Source: Candidatus Aenigmatarchaeota archaeon (GTDB lineage Archaea > Aenigmatarchaeota > Aenigmatarchaeia > QMZP01 > QMZT01). Taken from it: 64,000 nt of DNA. The position numbers were made by a program, and so were the translations under genes. Position 1 is the stretch's first letter. Every line of letters begins with the position of its first letter. Location: the NCBI GenBank assembly GCA_016932215.1, contig JAFGDH010000015.1:38320-102319 (forward strand), in the 5' to 3' direction. The notes beneath the pieces are model-generated. The model saw only the letters and a program-made list of their open reading frames with translations. It ran no database searches and was not told the DNA's origin. Positions 33,649-42,855 of this stretch are shown here, one piece after another.

Positions 33649-34485
33649 TTAAATCAATATTATAACCATATCTCCTATTAAAAAACTTATTATTATCGTG
33701 AGCAAAAACACGGGCGCGAAGCGCACCCCCTCCTTTATCCAGACGAATTTCCTGGTTTTCTTCAGTTTTTCGACGTCTTCTTCCTTTATCCCCCTCCATT
33801 TATCCTCAAGGATTACGTCGCCAACCCTCAGCCTGGAGACGGGTATTTTCTTCTTGAACATGTCTTTCTCTATTATCCTTGCGTAGTTTGTGAATATGAG
33901 AATGAACGTCAGGAGGAAAGGAAGGAATAACATGGTCGGCATCGCTGAAAGATGGACGTTGTAGGTGAAGGAAAGGTATAAAACGCTGGCGTAAGAGACG
34001 ACGAAGAATAACAATATGAAGGTCATGTATCTCCTGGAGTTGCTGTTCAGGTCTTTAACAAACGATTCCCTGACTTTCCTGCTCCTGTACCCTAGGAAAA
34101 GGGAATAAACTATCAGATAGAAGAGGGAGACGAAAAGGAAATTGAGCAGCAATGTCACGGGGAAGGAGAAAAGCGTCTGAATGGCGAAACCCCCGGTGTC
34201 AGGGAACAGGAAACCCATTGCACCCAGAAGCCACGCGTCACCGTCCCCCCACTGCTTCGAGAAGTAAAAAACATACCCCAGTCCCAGGAAAATCAGCCCG
34301 ATTATGAGGGAATTCGCCAGTATCCATATGTCCGAATAGATGTAGGCAAAAAGCCCCCTCGCCGCGACACCTGCTATTATGATCGAATAAGGAAGCCAGT
34401 CAGGGAATTCGGTATATTTAAGGTCCCAGTAGCTTCCGGCGGCGAACCCCGCCAGGCCTATTATCAGCGAGACGATCCATAGCAT
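33649..34485 (-). CDS. A24-family aspartic peptidase (prepilin/preflagellin peptidase-like) with a C-terminal extension
   Basis: 278 aa, polytopic. The first catalytic Asp context is SYWDLKYTEFPDW and the second motif is WGDGDAWLLGAMGF (GxGD type). Confidence 0.75.
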   Translation of the reverse strand: MLWIVSLIIGLAGFAAGSYWDLKYTEFPDWLPYSIIIAGVAARGLFAYIYSDIWILANSLIIGLIFLGLGYVFYFSKQWGDGDAWLLGAMGFLFPDTGGFAIQTLFSFPVTLLLNFLFVSLFYLIVYSLFLGYRSRKVRESFVKDLNSNSRRYMTFILLFFVVSYASVLYLSFTYNVHLSAMPTMLFLPFLLTFILIFTNYARIIEKDMFKKKIPVSRLRVGDVILEDKWRGIKEEDVEKLKKTRKFVWIKEGVRFAPVFLLTIIISFLIGDMVIILI

Positions 34486-34522
34486 AATAATATATGTAAT
34501 ATAACTGAATAAATGTTTTCAA

Positions 34523-35365
34523 TTATTCAAGCCTTTTTTCATACGCTTCTAGAAGATAGTCAAATTCTCTCTGATCGAATGTTTCCTTCCATGGGGGTTG
34601 AAATCCTTTAGTCGTTTCAACAAATCTGTTTAATTCAGTCATTCTCTGTTCCCAGCTTATTTTTTTGGGTTTTAATTTTCTGTCAACTAGTTCCCAGTCT
34701 ATTACCATATTACCCATGGGATCATATTTAACCCTTGGTCTTAGCAGATAAATGTTTCCGGGATGCAAATCTGTGTGCATCATTCCGCATTCGTCCATAG
34801 TTCCGTGCAATTTTACCAGAGTATCTGCAAGAGGTTCAATGACAATTCTTTTCATTTCCTCAAACGGAAGATCAACGTGACCTTTTGTTTTTAGAAAATC
34901 GTCCAGGAAAACACCCGGAGGATATTGCCTCATCGCTATGAAGAAATTAGCATCTCCATACAGCTTTATTCCCCCTAGAATTACCTCTGCCGATGTTCTT
35001 ATAAGCCGGTTGTTTTGTGCGTTGGATGATGAATATATCTCATTTTTCCCTCTCTCTCTTACTGTGCTGTCAATTTGATCTTTTTGCAGATCGTGAACCA
35101 TTTGGACGTTTGTCGTAGGTTGCATTCTTTTTATATACAAATTTCTGTTTCCCTGCCTCCATTCAAATATTGTTGATCTGTCACCTTCGTACACAGTCCG
35201 TTTTATTTCGCCTGTTTTCGCCTTTTCATTCAGGAAACCATTTGGATCTCTTTTAAATTCATTTGGTAATTCAAAGTCAGCATCTAATTTATAGATTTCC
35301 CTGCCTAAAATAACATCCCAGTACTCGTTTAATATGTCTCTCTCGTAAAACTTGATCTTATCCAT
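34523..35365 (-). CDS. protein-kinase-like fold protein (Kdo/RIO/APH-like)
   Basis: 280 aa with catalytic-loop-like HTDLHPGNIYLL and downstream IDWE. Confidence 0.6.
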   Translation of the reverse strand: MDKIKFYERDILNEYWDVILGREIYKLDADFELPNEFKRDPNGFLNEKAKTGEIKRTVYEGDRSTIFEWRQGNRNLYIKRMQPTTNVQMVHDLQKDQIDSTVRERGKNEIYSSSNAQNNRLIRTSAEVILGGIKLYGDANFFIAMRQYPPGVFLDDFLKTKGHVDLPFEEMKRIVIEPLADTLVKLHGTMDECGMMHTDLHPGNIYLLRPRVKYDPMGNMVIDWELVDRKLKPKKISWEQRMTELNRFVETTKGFQPPWKETFDQREFDYLLEAYEKRLE

Positions 35366-35483
35366 GATAAGAGATGTAATTATGCTTTATAAATGTTAAT
35401 ATATTTGTATCTAAGTGGTAGTAATATTTCTATGGTGTTTGTTTTATAAATTTAAAGATAAGAATAAAGAGATTGATAACGAC

Positions 35484-35590
35484 GGGGTTATGGTGTAGCC
35501 TGGTCTTGTTTCCTTCCTCTCAGGAAGGAGGCGCCAAAAGCATCGGAGCTTCGGGGGCTTCAGACCTGAGTTCAAATCTCAGTAACCCCA
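35484..35590 (+). tRNA. tRNA-Pro (anticodon CGG) with a ~30-nt insertion (non-canonical intron) in the D-loop
   Basis: GGGGTTA-TG-GTGT-AGCCTGGTC-[insert containing CCTTCC-TCTCA-GGAAGG hairpin]-GCAT-C-GGAGC-TTCGGGG-GCTTC-AGAC-CTGAG-TTCAAAT-CTCAG-TAACCCC-A. Confidence 0.75.
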
Positions 35591-35592
35591 TT

Positions 35593-35624
35593 CCCCGCTT
35601 TTCCTTTTCCCAACAAAAGCGGGG
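35593..35624. terminator. 10-bp hairpin CCCCGCTTTT/AAAAGCGGGG directly after tRNA-Pro (possible terminator or processing signal)
   Basis: Exact complementarity read from the sequence. A second hairpin (GGTAGC/GCTACC) and a T-run follow at 35633-35671. Confidence 0.4.
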
Positions 35625-35670
35625 GAGCAAAAGGTAGCTTACGCTTACAGCTACCACTTTCCTTCTTTTT

Positions 35671-35796
35671 TTAAACGAATCCCTTTATGAAAAGGACCAC
35701 GCTTATCAGGGCAGTGAACGATATCAGAAAAAGCCCGCCGTTGACGAAAAGCATGCGCATGAACTCGTTGTCCGTCATAACCTCGCCCATTGACAT
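35671..35796 (-). CDS. possible 41-aa single-TM micro-protein (uncertain)
   Basis: My own translation gives MSMGEVMTDNEFMRMLFVNGGLFLISFTALISVVLFIKGFV. Lies upstream of EF-2 on the same strand. There is no family evidence. Confidence 0.25.
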   Translation of the reverse strand: MSMGEVMTDNEFMRMLFVNGGLFLISFTALISVVLFIKGFV

Positions 35797-35871
35797 CCCT
35801 TCTGTAGGATTATTGTATTAACTCCAAGAGATATATACCACTCTTAAAAAAATATTTTTTTAAAAAATGTT

Positions 35872-38046
35872 TTATTCGATGCCCTTCCTGGTCTTTATCT
35901 GTCCTATGACCTTCTGTTCCAGTTCCCTTGGAAGCGGTTCGTATAACACGTCCACAAGCCAGTAGAAACCCAGTCCTGATGTGGACGACTTCAGCGAGGA
36001 ATTGAAACCGAACATCTCGGCGACCGGAAGCTTGGCCTGTATAGTTGTGGTTCCCCTCTCCTCGGTCATGTCCAGTATCTGGCCTCTCCGGTTCTGGACC
36101 TCTTTCATGGCACCGCTTACCTGCTCTGTCGGGACGTCTATCCTGATGACCTGCTTGGGCTCGAGCACGTATGCCCCCGCCCCTATCATGGCGTCCCTTA
36201 CGGCAGCCCTCACGGCAGGTATTACCTGTGCAGGCCCCCTGTGTATCGCGTCCTCGTGGAGCTTGGCGTCAATCAGCTTGATCTTGACTCCGCTGCAGGG
36301 CTCCCTCGCGAGGGGACCTTCGTTCGTTGCCTCGGAGAAGGACTGCTTGAGCATCTCCATAACCTCGAGAATCGCATGGACTCCCCTTGTCATATCAATA
36401 AGCATGCATTTGTTGTGGATGAATTTCACCTTTTTCGACTCGTCCCTGTCGAATCCCAGTTCCACCAGCTGGTCCTGGAGCTCGACCATCTTCTTCTTGA
36501 CTTCCATGTCCTGTATTTCTCCCCTCACCATGGCCTGGTACACCTTTGGCTCCATCGGCTCCGCTATGACGTAGAACCTGTTGTGCTTGTTGGGAGATTT
36601 CCCCTCGACCGCCTCGGGAGTGACCGATCTTACGGATTCCCTGTAAATGACTATCGGCGGCGAAACGTCCACGTCTATCCCCTCGTCCTTAAGCGGGCGC
36701 TCGATCTTAGCGTCGATATGCAGTTCGCCAAGCCCGGAGACAAGGTATTCACCCGTCTCCTCGTTTATCTTCACCCTGAGGGTCGGATCCTCTTTAGCGG
36801 TCCTTCTCAGGAACTCGATGAGCTTTGCCAGCTGCTGCGGGCTCTTCGGCTCTATCGCTTTGGTAACGACCGGCTCGAAAATATGAGTTATCGACTCGAA
36901 ACCCGGTATATCCTCCCCCGGGTCGCAAATGGTCTCGCCAGAAGAGGACTCCTTGAGCCCGACTATCCCGACTATGTTGCCTGCAACGACTTCCTCCATG
37001 TTTACCCTCTGCTGGCCCTTGTATATGGAGACCTGCTGCAGCTTCTGGAGTTTCTGGCTTCCTACCAGAAGGACCTCCTGTCCGGTCTTCATGTTTCCTG
37101 AAAAGATTCGGACCGTTGCCACATAGCCTGCGTGGGGATCCGGGTAAAGCTTTGTCACGACGCCTGCGAGCCTCCCGTCAGGATTGCATTCAATCATGTC
37201 CTTCCCTTCAGGCGAATTGACATCTCCCGGCCATATCTTTGGGATACGGTAAGGCTGAGCCTGCAAAGGATTCGGAAGGTGCTTGATGACCATGTTAAGA
37301 ACGACCTTATGGAGAGGCGCCTTTTTGGCTAGCTCCTTTTCCCCTTCTGGTCCCTTCTCCGTCAGGTCTATGACGTCGCTGAACTTCATCCCGCTCTTCT
37401 GCATGAACGGCATGGACATCGCCCAGTTCTTGACAGCTGAACCGAATGCGACGCCGCCATCGTTCACGCTGACAAGCCACTTGTCCTTGTATTCCTTTTC
37501 GGCGTATTTCTGTATGAGCATGTTAACTTCTGTGATGATCTTCTTGAACTTCTCCTGCATCTGCTCAGGAGTGAGCTTGAGCTCCTTAAGAAGCCGGTCA
37601 ACCTTGTTTATGAAAAGGACGGGTTTAACTCGCTCCTTGAGGGCCTGACGGATGACCGTCTCTGTCTGGGGCATGCACCCTTCCACGGCGTCTGCGACCA
37701 CCACGACGCCATCCACTGCCCTCATGGCACGCGTAACGTCACCGCCGAAGTCCACGTGACCCGGGGTGTCTATTAAGTTGATAAGGAAGCTCTGTCCCTC
37801 CCATTCGTGTACCATTGAAACGTTCGCGGAATATATCGTGATTCCCCTCTCCTGCTCCTGCTGCACGAAGTCCATGGCGAGCTGCTTCCCCGCGAGCTCC
37901 TCCGAGATCATTCCTGCACCTGAAAGCAGGTTGTCAGAAAGGGTTGTTTTACCGTGGTCTATATGGGCAACTATACCTATGTTCCTGATATTCTCCGGTT
38001 TCCTCATCAGCGTCTTCACGGCGCTTGTCAGATCAGCCTTTGCCAT
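35872..38046 (-). CDS. fusA: translation elongation factor 2 (aEF-2)
   Basis: 724 aa with AHIDHGKTTLSDNLL, DTPGHVDF, and the diphthamide-site context LHEDAIHRGPAQ. Confidence 0.95.
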   Translation of the reverse strand: MAKADLTSAVKTLMRKPENIRNIGIVAHIDHGKTTLSDNLLSGAGMISEELAGKQLAMDFVQQEQERGITIYSANVSMVHEWEGQSFLINLIDTPGHVDFGGDVTRAMRAVDGVVVVADAVEGCMPQTETVIRQALKERVKPVLFINKVDRLLKELKLTPEQMQEKFKKIITEVNMLIQKYAEKEYKDKWLVSVNDGGVAFGSAVKNWAMSMPFMQKSGMKFSDVIDLTEKGPEGEKELAKKAPLHKVVLNMVIKHLPNPLQAQPYRIPKIWPGDVNSPEGKDMIECNPDGRLAGVVTKLYPDPHAGYVATVRIFSGNMKTGQEVLLVGSQKLQKLQQVSIYKGQQRVNMEEVVAGNIVGIVGLKESSSGETICDPGEDIPGFESITHIFEPVVTKAIEPKSPQQLAKLIEFLRRTAKEDPTLRVKINEETGEYLVSGLGELHIDAKIERPLKDEGIDVDVSPPIVIYRESVRSVTPEAVEGKSPNKHNRFYVIAEPMEPKVYQAMVRGEIQDMEVKKKMVELQDQLVELGFDRDESKKVKFIHNKCMLIDMTRGVHAILEVMEMLKQSFSEATNEGPLAREPCSGVKIKLIDAKLHEDAIHRGPAQVIPAVRAAVRDAMIGAGAYVLEPKQVIRIDVPTEQVSGAMKEVQNRRGQILDMTEERGTTTIQAKLPVAEMFGFNSSLKSSTSGLGFYWLVDVLYEPLPRELEQKVIGQIKTRKGIE

Positions 38047-38106
38047 ATCGAATCACAATTTCTTTAATTTGTAGATAATATATATAAATATAATTCAGAA
38101 CAGAGT

Positions 38107-38706
38107 CTATCTCGCTCCCTCAGCTTCCCTTTCTATCCTGTTCCTTTCCTGGATCACGGAATTCCTCTGATCACCCGATGCGATCGCTATCAGCTCGTCT
38201 GCCATGATCTCAGGGAACTTTTTCTTCTTCCTGAAGGAGGATGAGAAGATATCCTGCGCTATCAGCCTCAGCGCGATGTCCAGCCTTCTTTGCGGAGTCG
38301 TGACTACCGATTTTCGCGCGATTATCCCGCCGAGCCTGTAACCCATCACTTCCTCGAGAAGCGCGGAGTTTTCGATTGCCTCCACGAGGACCTGAACCGG
38401 ATTCTTTTTTGTCTTCCTGTGGATGATCTCGAACCCTTCCTTCACCGCCAGGTAAACGTTTATGTAGCTTCCCGTGACATGCCCCGAAGAGAGCTTGTGC
38501 TTCTTGCCCCTGTGCCCAGGTACGCGCAGCTTGTTTATGAACCTCTCTACCACGCTCATGTCGGCCTTGTGTATGGACGGCCTGTTGAGCTTCCCTGAGG
38601 ATTTCGGAACGATTACCGGGTTAATATTGATGTATCTCCTCAGACCCGGGTCATTCACCTTCACTTCCGAGAGATCCCATCTGTTGAACAAGAGTATTTT
38701 ATCCAT
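38107..38706 (-). CDS. rps7: 30S ribosomal protein S7
   Basis: 199 aa in the position between S12 and EF-2, with ...VERFINKLRVPGHRGKKHKLSSG.... Confidence 0.9.
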   Translation of the reverse strand: MDKILLFNRWDLSEVKVNDPGLRRYININPVIVPKSSGKLNRPSIHKADMSVVERFINKLRVPGHRGKKHKLSSGHVTGSYINVYLAVKEGFEIIHRKTKKNPVQVLVEAIENSALLEEVMGYRLGGIIARKSVVTTPQRRLDIALRLIAQDIFSSSFRKKKKFPEIMADELIAIASGDQRNSVIQERNRIEREAEGAR

Positions 38707-38707
38707 T

Positions 38708-39133
38708 TTATCCTTCCTTTTTCTTCTGCTTCTTTCCCTTCAGTATCTCCTTAAGAGAAATGCCGTTAACGGCTATGACCTTGTATTTGATGCCGTGCAT
38801 CGATCCGACGGCCCCTCCCTGGGAACCGCCCAGCCCGGCGATCGTGACTTCGTCGTGTTCGTCAATATGCTTTATGGCGCCCGTTTTGGGGACGAACGCT
38901 GTGACCTGTATTCCGTTCTTTATGATCTGGCAGCGGACGGCCTTTATTATTCCTGAATGCGGCTGCTTCTGCTCCACTCCCTTCTTCTTCAGAACGAGCG
39001 CTCTTGCCAGAGGAGCGCCTTTGAGGGGCATCTTCTCCCAGAGCTTGAGCCTCTTCCTCTTGTACTGGTCGGAGTTCCATCTGAACTTCTTCCTCTTCTT
39101 CTTCAGGTTCCTTGCGGAAAAGTGTCCCGTCAT
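38708..39133 (-). CDS. rps12: 30S ribosomal protein S12
   Basis: ...[64 protein letters not shown]... Confidence 0.93.
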   Translation of the reverse strand: MTGHFSARNLKKKRKKFRWNSDQYKRKRLKLWEKMPLKGAPLARALVLKKKGVEQKQPHSGIIKAVRCQIIKNGIQVTAFVPKTGAIKHIDEHDEVTIAGLGGSQGGAVGSMHGIKYKVIAVNGISLKEILKGKKQKKKEG

Positions 39134-39137
39134 GTTA

Positions 39138-39542
39138 TCACTTCAGCTTAAGATTGTTTATCTTGAAATGCCTTTTCAGGAATTCCCTGATCGCCTTTAT
39201 GTTCCTTCCGTTCCTCCCGATCACCGTTGATCTCTCGCTGGAAGGAATGGTGATCACGATTGAATCATCACTCATGTCTAGCGTCTTTATGCTCGGTATC
39301 ATGTTCCTCAGCAGCCCCTCGGCGTTGTCTGAGTACTCGAATATCTTTATGGTCTTTCCCATCGCTCTCTCGACGGATTTTATGGTAGACCCGTTCTTTC
39401 CTATGGCGAGCCCCATCTTTCCGGGCTCGATGAGGAAATATGCGCAGGTGTCGTCCATCAGGCAGTCCCTGACATGTACCCCTGTTATTTCCTCAAATGT
39501 TCCTACTGCGCGTATATGCTCGGTTCCCAGTTTTACTCCCAT
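39138..39542 (-). CDS. nusA: archaeal NusA-like protein (two KH domains)
   Basis: 134 aa with [16 protein letters not shown] and [18 protein letters not shown] GxxG loops. Confidence 0.88.
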   Translation of the reverse strand: MGVKLGTEHIRAVGTFEEITGVHVRDCLMDDTCAYFLIEPGKMGLAIGKNGSTIKSVERAMGKTIKIFEYSDNAEGLLRNMIPSIKTLDMSDDSIVITIPSSERSTVIGRNGRNIKAIREFLKRHFKINNLKLK

Positions 39543-39546
39543 GTTT

Positions 39547-39810
39547 TCACTTTTTTATCCCCAGCGTTATTACGTTGAATGGTTTACCGCAGAACTCCCC
39601 TAACTGCCTGGAATTCCCGGTGAACATCTTAATGTCGATACCAAAGTTTTTATTGTAATATTTTAAATCCCTTTTTGTGTTTTCCGGGATATTGGAGGCG
39701 TATATTATCATGATGAGCTCCGATTTCTTGGCCATTGACTCTACCTGCCTGGATCCCAGCACTATTTTCTGCTCCTTCATCGCCGCTTTTATGCTGTCTT
39801 TTACTTCCAT
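39547..39810 (-). CDS. rpl30e: 50S ribosomal protein L30e
   Basis: 87 aa with ...KIVLGSRQV......IIYASNIPE......YY.......FTGNSRQLGEFCGKPFNVITLGI. Confidence 0.85.
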   Translation of the reverse strand: MEVKDSIKAAMKEQKIVLGSRQVESMAKKSELIMIIYASNIPENTKRDLKYYNKNFGIDIKMFTGNSRQLGEFCGKPFNVITLGIKK

Positions 39811-39819
39811 GGTATCACT

Positions 39820-40206
39820 CTAGTAAATATAACCCAAAAGCACGCCGCCGATCCCTTCCTTTTTGGCCTGCGAATGGCTCATTACCCCCTTGGACGTGGA
39901 AACGAACATGAGGCCGACGTTCACTGACGGCAGATATCTTTTTTCCCACCTGATTATTTCATCGCTGCCTATCTCGAACCTTGGACGGACGACCCTGCAG
40001 TTGTTTACCCTTCCGGTGAGCTCTACCTTGTACTTTCCGTTCTTGCCGTCCTCTATCAGTTCGAAGTTCCCGATGTAGTTGTTTTTCTGCATTATCACGA
40101 GAATCTCCTTTATGAGCTTGGTCGCGGATATTATGCACATCCTTTTGCCTGTGCTTTCCGCGTTCTTCACCGTGCAGAACATATCCGCTAGCATGTCGTG
40201 TCTCAT
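39820..40206 (-). CDS. rps8: 30S ribosomal protein S8
   Basis: DMLADMFCTVKNAESTGKR...IIRWEKRYLPS.NVGLMFVSTSKGVMSH..AKKEGIGGVLLGYIY. The start is set at MRHDML, after the S14 stop. Confidence 0.9.
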   Translation of the reverse strand: MRHDMLADMFCTVKNAESTGKRMCIISATKLIKEILVIMQKNNYIGNFELIEDGKNGKYKVELTGRVNNCRVVRPRFEIGSDEIIRWEKRYLPSVNVGLMFVSTSKGVMSHSQAKKEGIGGVLLGYIY

Positions 40207-40213
40207 AATATCC

Positions 40214-40444
40214 CTAACTGAACTTGCTGAAACCCAGATCCTCCGCAATCTCCCTGAAGCACTGCCTGCAGTACCGTAGATCGTATTTGTTTATTACGCC
40301 TTCGGTTTTTCCGCATCTCCTGCAGGGAGTCACGTTCCTCCCGTGCTTCCTGTCCCTCGGCTTGTTGAACTTCGTGAACCTGTCCATCTTTATCTTCTTG
40401 TTCTCTATCTGGTGTTTCGCGTTTTCGTAAGTCATACTAATCAT
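40214..40444 (-). CDS. rps14: 30S ribosomal protein S14 (zinc type)
   Basis: ...RKHGRNVTPCRRCGKTEGVINKYDLRYCRQCFREIAEDLGFSKFS. The start could be 40444 or 40435. Confidence 0.9.
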   Translation of the reverse strand: MISMTYENAKHQIENKKIKMDRFTKFNKPRDRKHGRNVTPCRRCGKTEGVINKYDLRYCRQCFREIAEDLGFSKFS

Positions 40445-40458
40445 TGTCCTTTGTATTT

Positions 40459-40962
40459 TTAAACTATTTCAACATTAAACTCCTTTTTGACCCACTCCAT
40501 CGCCTCTTCCGGCGTTATTGCATGGGCCTTTCCGACCTTTTTCGGCCTTATCATCCTTTTCTTCACCCTGTAACCCCTTCGTTCCAGGGTTGCGCATACG
40601 TCCATCCCCATTATGCCTATGTCCGGGTCGTACTTGATTCCGGGAAGGTGAATGTATTCTTTAACGCCTACTGAAAAGTTGCCGTTCCTGTCGAAGCTTT
40701 TCGCAGGAAGCTTGTCCTCGAGCCCCTTCAGGACGTTGGCGATGAAATCCTTTGCCTTCTTTCCCCTCATGGTGACCTTCACGCCTATCGGCCTCTTCTT
40801 AGCCCCGCCGAAAGTCGTCCTTTTATGGGTCTTGGTCACGACTATCTTTTCACCCGATAGCTTGGTTATCAGCCTCTTGGCGTTCTCCAGTTTCGGGCCG
40901 GCTTCGCCTGCCCCGATGTTGATCGTGACCTTCTCAAGCCGTATCTCTTTCATCTGGTTCAT
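40459..40962 (-). CDS. rpl5: 50S ribosomal protein L5
   Basis: 167 aa with ...KVTINIGAGEAG..LE.A..L...L.G...V.T........FG....PIG.KVT.RG..A..F.... Confidence 0.9.
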   Translation of the reverse strand: MNQMKEIRLEKVTINIGAGEAGPKLENAKRLITKLSGEKIVVTKTHKRTTFGGAKKRPIGVKVTMRGKKAKDFIANVLKGLEDKLPAKSFDRNGNFSVGVKEYIHLPGIKYDPDIGIMGMDVCATLERRGYRVKKRMIRPKKVGKAHAITPEEAMEWVKKEFNVEIV

Positions 40963-41633
40963 TTGAAGTCACCTATAAGAATGTAATCCTTGACGGTTTC
41001 GATATCCTTGTCCTTTGTCTGTACGACTATCCTGTTAGTCCCGAGCATGCTCTTCTTCTCGAATATCTCCTTGATCTTTCCCTTGGCGCCCGGGTTCTTT
41101 CCAGAAACAATCATGCACCCGCTCCCCTTCTCGAACTTGATGTGCTTCAGTATCTTCTGTTCAGGGAGCTTGATAATAATGGAATCGTTTGTCCTGTAAT
41201 TCCCCTTGTCAATGGTTATGTTCCTGCCGTCGTGCAGGTTTAGCTGGATTTTACCGCCCTTTATTATTACCTTTTTATTTATCCTGCACAGCTTCTGGTC
41301 GGTTTCATTTGTTTCCTCGAGAACGAGCCCTTTCGAATTGACCGTGACCCTGTAAGCCTTTTTCATCGCAGGGATTTCGATGACGTCCATGAGCCCGACC
41401 GGGAAGTTCGGATCCTTCCTCTCCCTTTTGTCGACTATTATGCTGCCGCTCTTTATGATCTTGCTGGCCTCTTTCGCGTTGTCTGCCAGACCGAGAACGT
41501 TCCTTACGATCACCAGAAGAGGAATGCATCTGCTTATCGGGTGAGGACCGGGGCTTGGCCTTGTTATGAATTCTTCCTTCCCCTTTTTCGGAACCTTCCA
41601 ATATGACGGAATGCTGTATCTTTTCAAATGCAT
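40959..41633 (-). CDS. rps4e: 30S ribosomal protein S4e
   Basis: MHLKRYSIPSYWKVPKKGKEEFITRPSPGPHP... The ORF track extends to 41666 but would overlap the L24 3' end. Confidence 0.9.
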   Translation of the reverse strand: MHLKRYSIPSYWKVPKKGKEEFITRPSPGPHPISRCIPLLVIVRNVLGLADNAKEASKIIKSGSIIVDKRERKDPNFPVGLMDVIEIPAMKKAYRVTVNSKGLVLEETNETDQKLCRINKKVIIKGGKIQLNLHDGRNITIDKGNYRTNDSIIIKLPEQKILKHIKFEKGSGCMIVSGKNPGAKGKIKEIFEKKSMLGTNRIVVQTKDKDIETVKDYILIGDFK

Positions 41634-41634
41634 A

Positions 41635-42030
41635 TCATTCCCTCCTCTTCCTCGCCCTTTCCACAATCATCTGTCTCTTCTTGTCATCCATCTTAGGTTC
41701 GACAATCAGGAGATTTGACGGGTTTATGGGCCTGAGTACCTCTGAACCATCAACCTTCTTCACGTTCAACCCTTCGATATAAACCTTGGATGTCTTCAGG
41801 TCGATCCTGTCTATCTTCCCCTTGAAGCCCTTCGAAGTGCCTCTCATTACCTTTACCTCGTCCCCCTTCCTGAGCGGAAGAGAGCGTTTTTCGAACCGGT
41901 TCCTTAACGCTTCGGAAAGGTGAGCGCTTACGAATTTCTGCTTTACGTGCATCGGAGCGTTGTGCCTGAACTTTCTCTGCTTCCTCGGCTGCACGCTCGA
42001 ATTCCATTTGTTTGACCATTCCTGCTTCAT
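41635..42030 (-). CDS. rpl24: 50S ribosomal protein L24
   Basis: ...RKGDEVKVMRGTSKGFKGKIDRIDLKTSKVYIEGLNVKK KOW motif. Confidence 0.9.
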   Translation of the reverse strand: MKQEWSNKWNSSVQPRKQRKFRHNAPMHVKQKFVSAHLSEALRNRFEKRSLPLRKGDEVKVMRGTSKGFKGKIDRIDLKTSKVYIEGLNVKKVDGSEVLRPINPSNLLIVEPKMDDKKRQMIVERARKRRE

Positions 42031-42429
42031 TTAAACCACTATGCTTGCGATCTTGCCCACTGTGGGGAATCGCTCTACCGCTTCTTTCGCGATGGGTCCC
42101 TTAATCTGGGTGCCCTTGGGGTCGCCCTTTTCGTCGACCACCACTGCGGCGTTATCCTCGAACTGAACATGAATCCCGTCAGGCCTCTTGTATTCCTTCC
42201 TCTGGCGTACGATAACAGCCCTCAGAACCTCGTGCCTGACCTTCTCGGTGCCTACCCTTACCTTGCAGAAAACCAGGGAACCTACTCCCGCCTTGGGTTT
42301 CGTTCTCCTGTTGCCCTTGAATCCCTTGACGGCGATGATTTCCAGCATCTTCGCCCCGGAGTTGTCGATGCATTTCAGCCTTGATTTCGGCATCAGCGTT
42401 TTCACAACCCTGGACGATATTGCCTTCAT
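42031..42429 (-). CDS. rpl14: 50S ribosomal protein L14
   Basis: ...LKCIDNSGAKMLEIIAVKGFKG...AGVGSLVFCKV.... Confidence 0.93.
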   Translation of the reverse strand: MKAISSRVVKTLMPKSRLKCIDNSGAKMLEIIAVKGFKGNRRTKPKAGVGSLVFCKVRVGTEKVRHEVLRAVIVRQRKEYKRPDGIHVQFEDNAAVVVDEKGDPKGTQIKGPIAKEAVERFPTVGKIASIVV

Positions 42430-42758
42430 TATTTTTCACCCTTTTTGTGGACCACGACGAAATGCTTCGTCTTGGAAAGAGATCTGCACTCGGCAATAAC
42501 GACCCTTTCGCCTTCCCTTGCCCTTATACAGGGAGGGTTATGGGCGGAGACCTTGGACTTCTTCTTTTCGTATCTCTGGTATTTCTGAATAAAATCATGA
42601 AATCCCCACTCGACCCTTACGGTGTTGTGGTTCTTCGCGGACCTGACCACGCCTTCGAATACCCTTCCCCTGACTGGCATTTTCCCGTGCCATGGGCACT
42701 TGGGGTCTTCACACTTCCCTTCCGGCGGCTTCAAACCAAGCCCGATATCTTTTTTCAT
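42429..42758 (-). CDS. rps17: 30S ribosomal protein S17
   Basis: MKKDIGLGLKPPEGKCEDPKCPWHGKMPVRGRVFEGVVRSAK... The GTG at 42791 in the ORF track is less likely than the ATG at 42758. Confidence 0.88.
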   Translation of the reverse strand: MKKDIGLGLKPPEGKCEDPKCPWHGKMPVRGRVFEGVVRSAKNHNTVRVEWGFHDFIQKYQRYEKKKSKVSAHNPPCIRAREGERVVIAECRSLSKTKHFVVVHKKGEK

Positions 42759-42791
42759 ACTAATTCCATTGTCCACCTTATTTAAATACAC

Positions 42792-42840
42792 TATAGTTAA
42801 TTAAACGAATTATATATTAGAAGGGTTAAATATTTAAGTA
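42792..42840 (-). promoter_or_regulatory. promoter/leader module upstream of the S17 transcription unit; near-duplicate of 49827-49870
   Basis: Plus-strand TATAGTTAATTAAACGAATTATATATTAGAAGGGTTAAATATTTAAGTA aligns with TATAGTTAAACGAATTATACTATTAAACTTATTAATATTTAAGC. Contains a TATA-like TTAAATATTT on the coding strand. Confidence 0.55.
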
Positions 42841-42855
42841 CTTTTTGAGGCAAAA

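Noticed and set aside
36241-37101. 286-aa plus-strand ORF and other ORFs antisense to EF-2
   Set aside because: They lie entirely within the aEF-2 gene on the opposite strand and have no recognisable motifs.
35872-38046. Inteins in large conserved genes (EF-2, MetRS, RecJ-like), given the abundance of LAGLIDADG genes
   Set aside because: EF-2 and the RecJ-like protein have ordinary lengths with uninterrupted motifs. The extra length in MetRS resembles a B3/B4 domain, with no intein splice-junction blocks or LAGLIDADG motifs.
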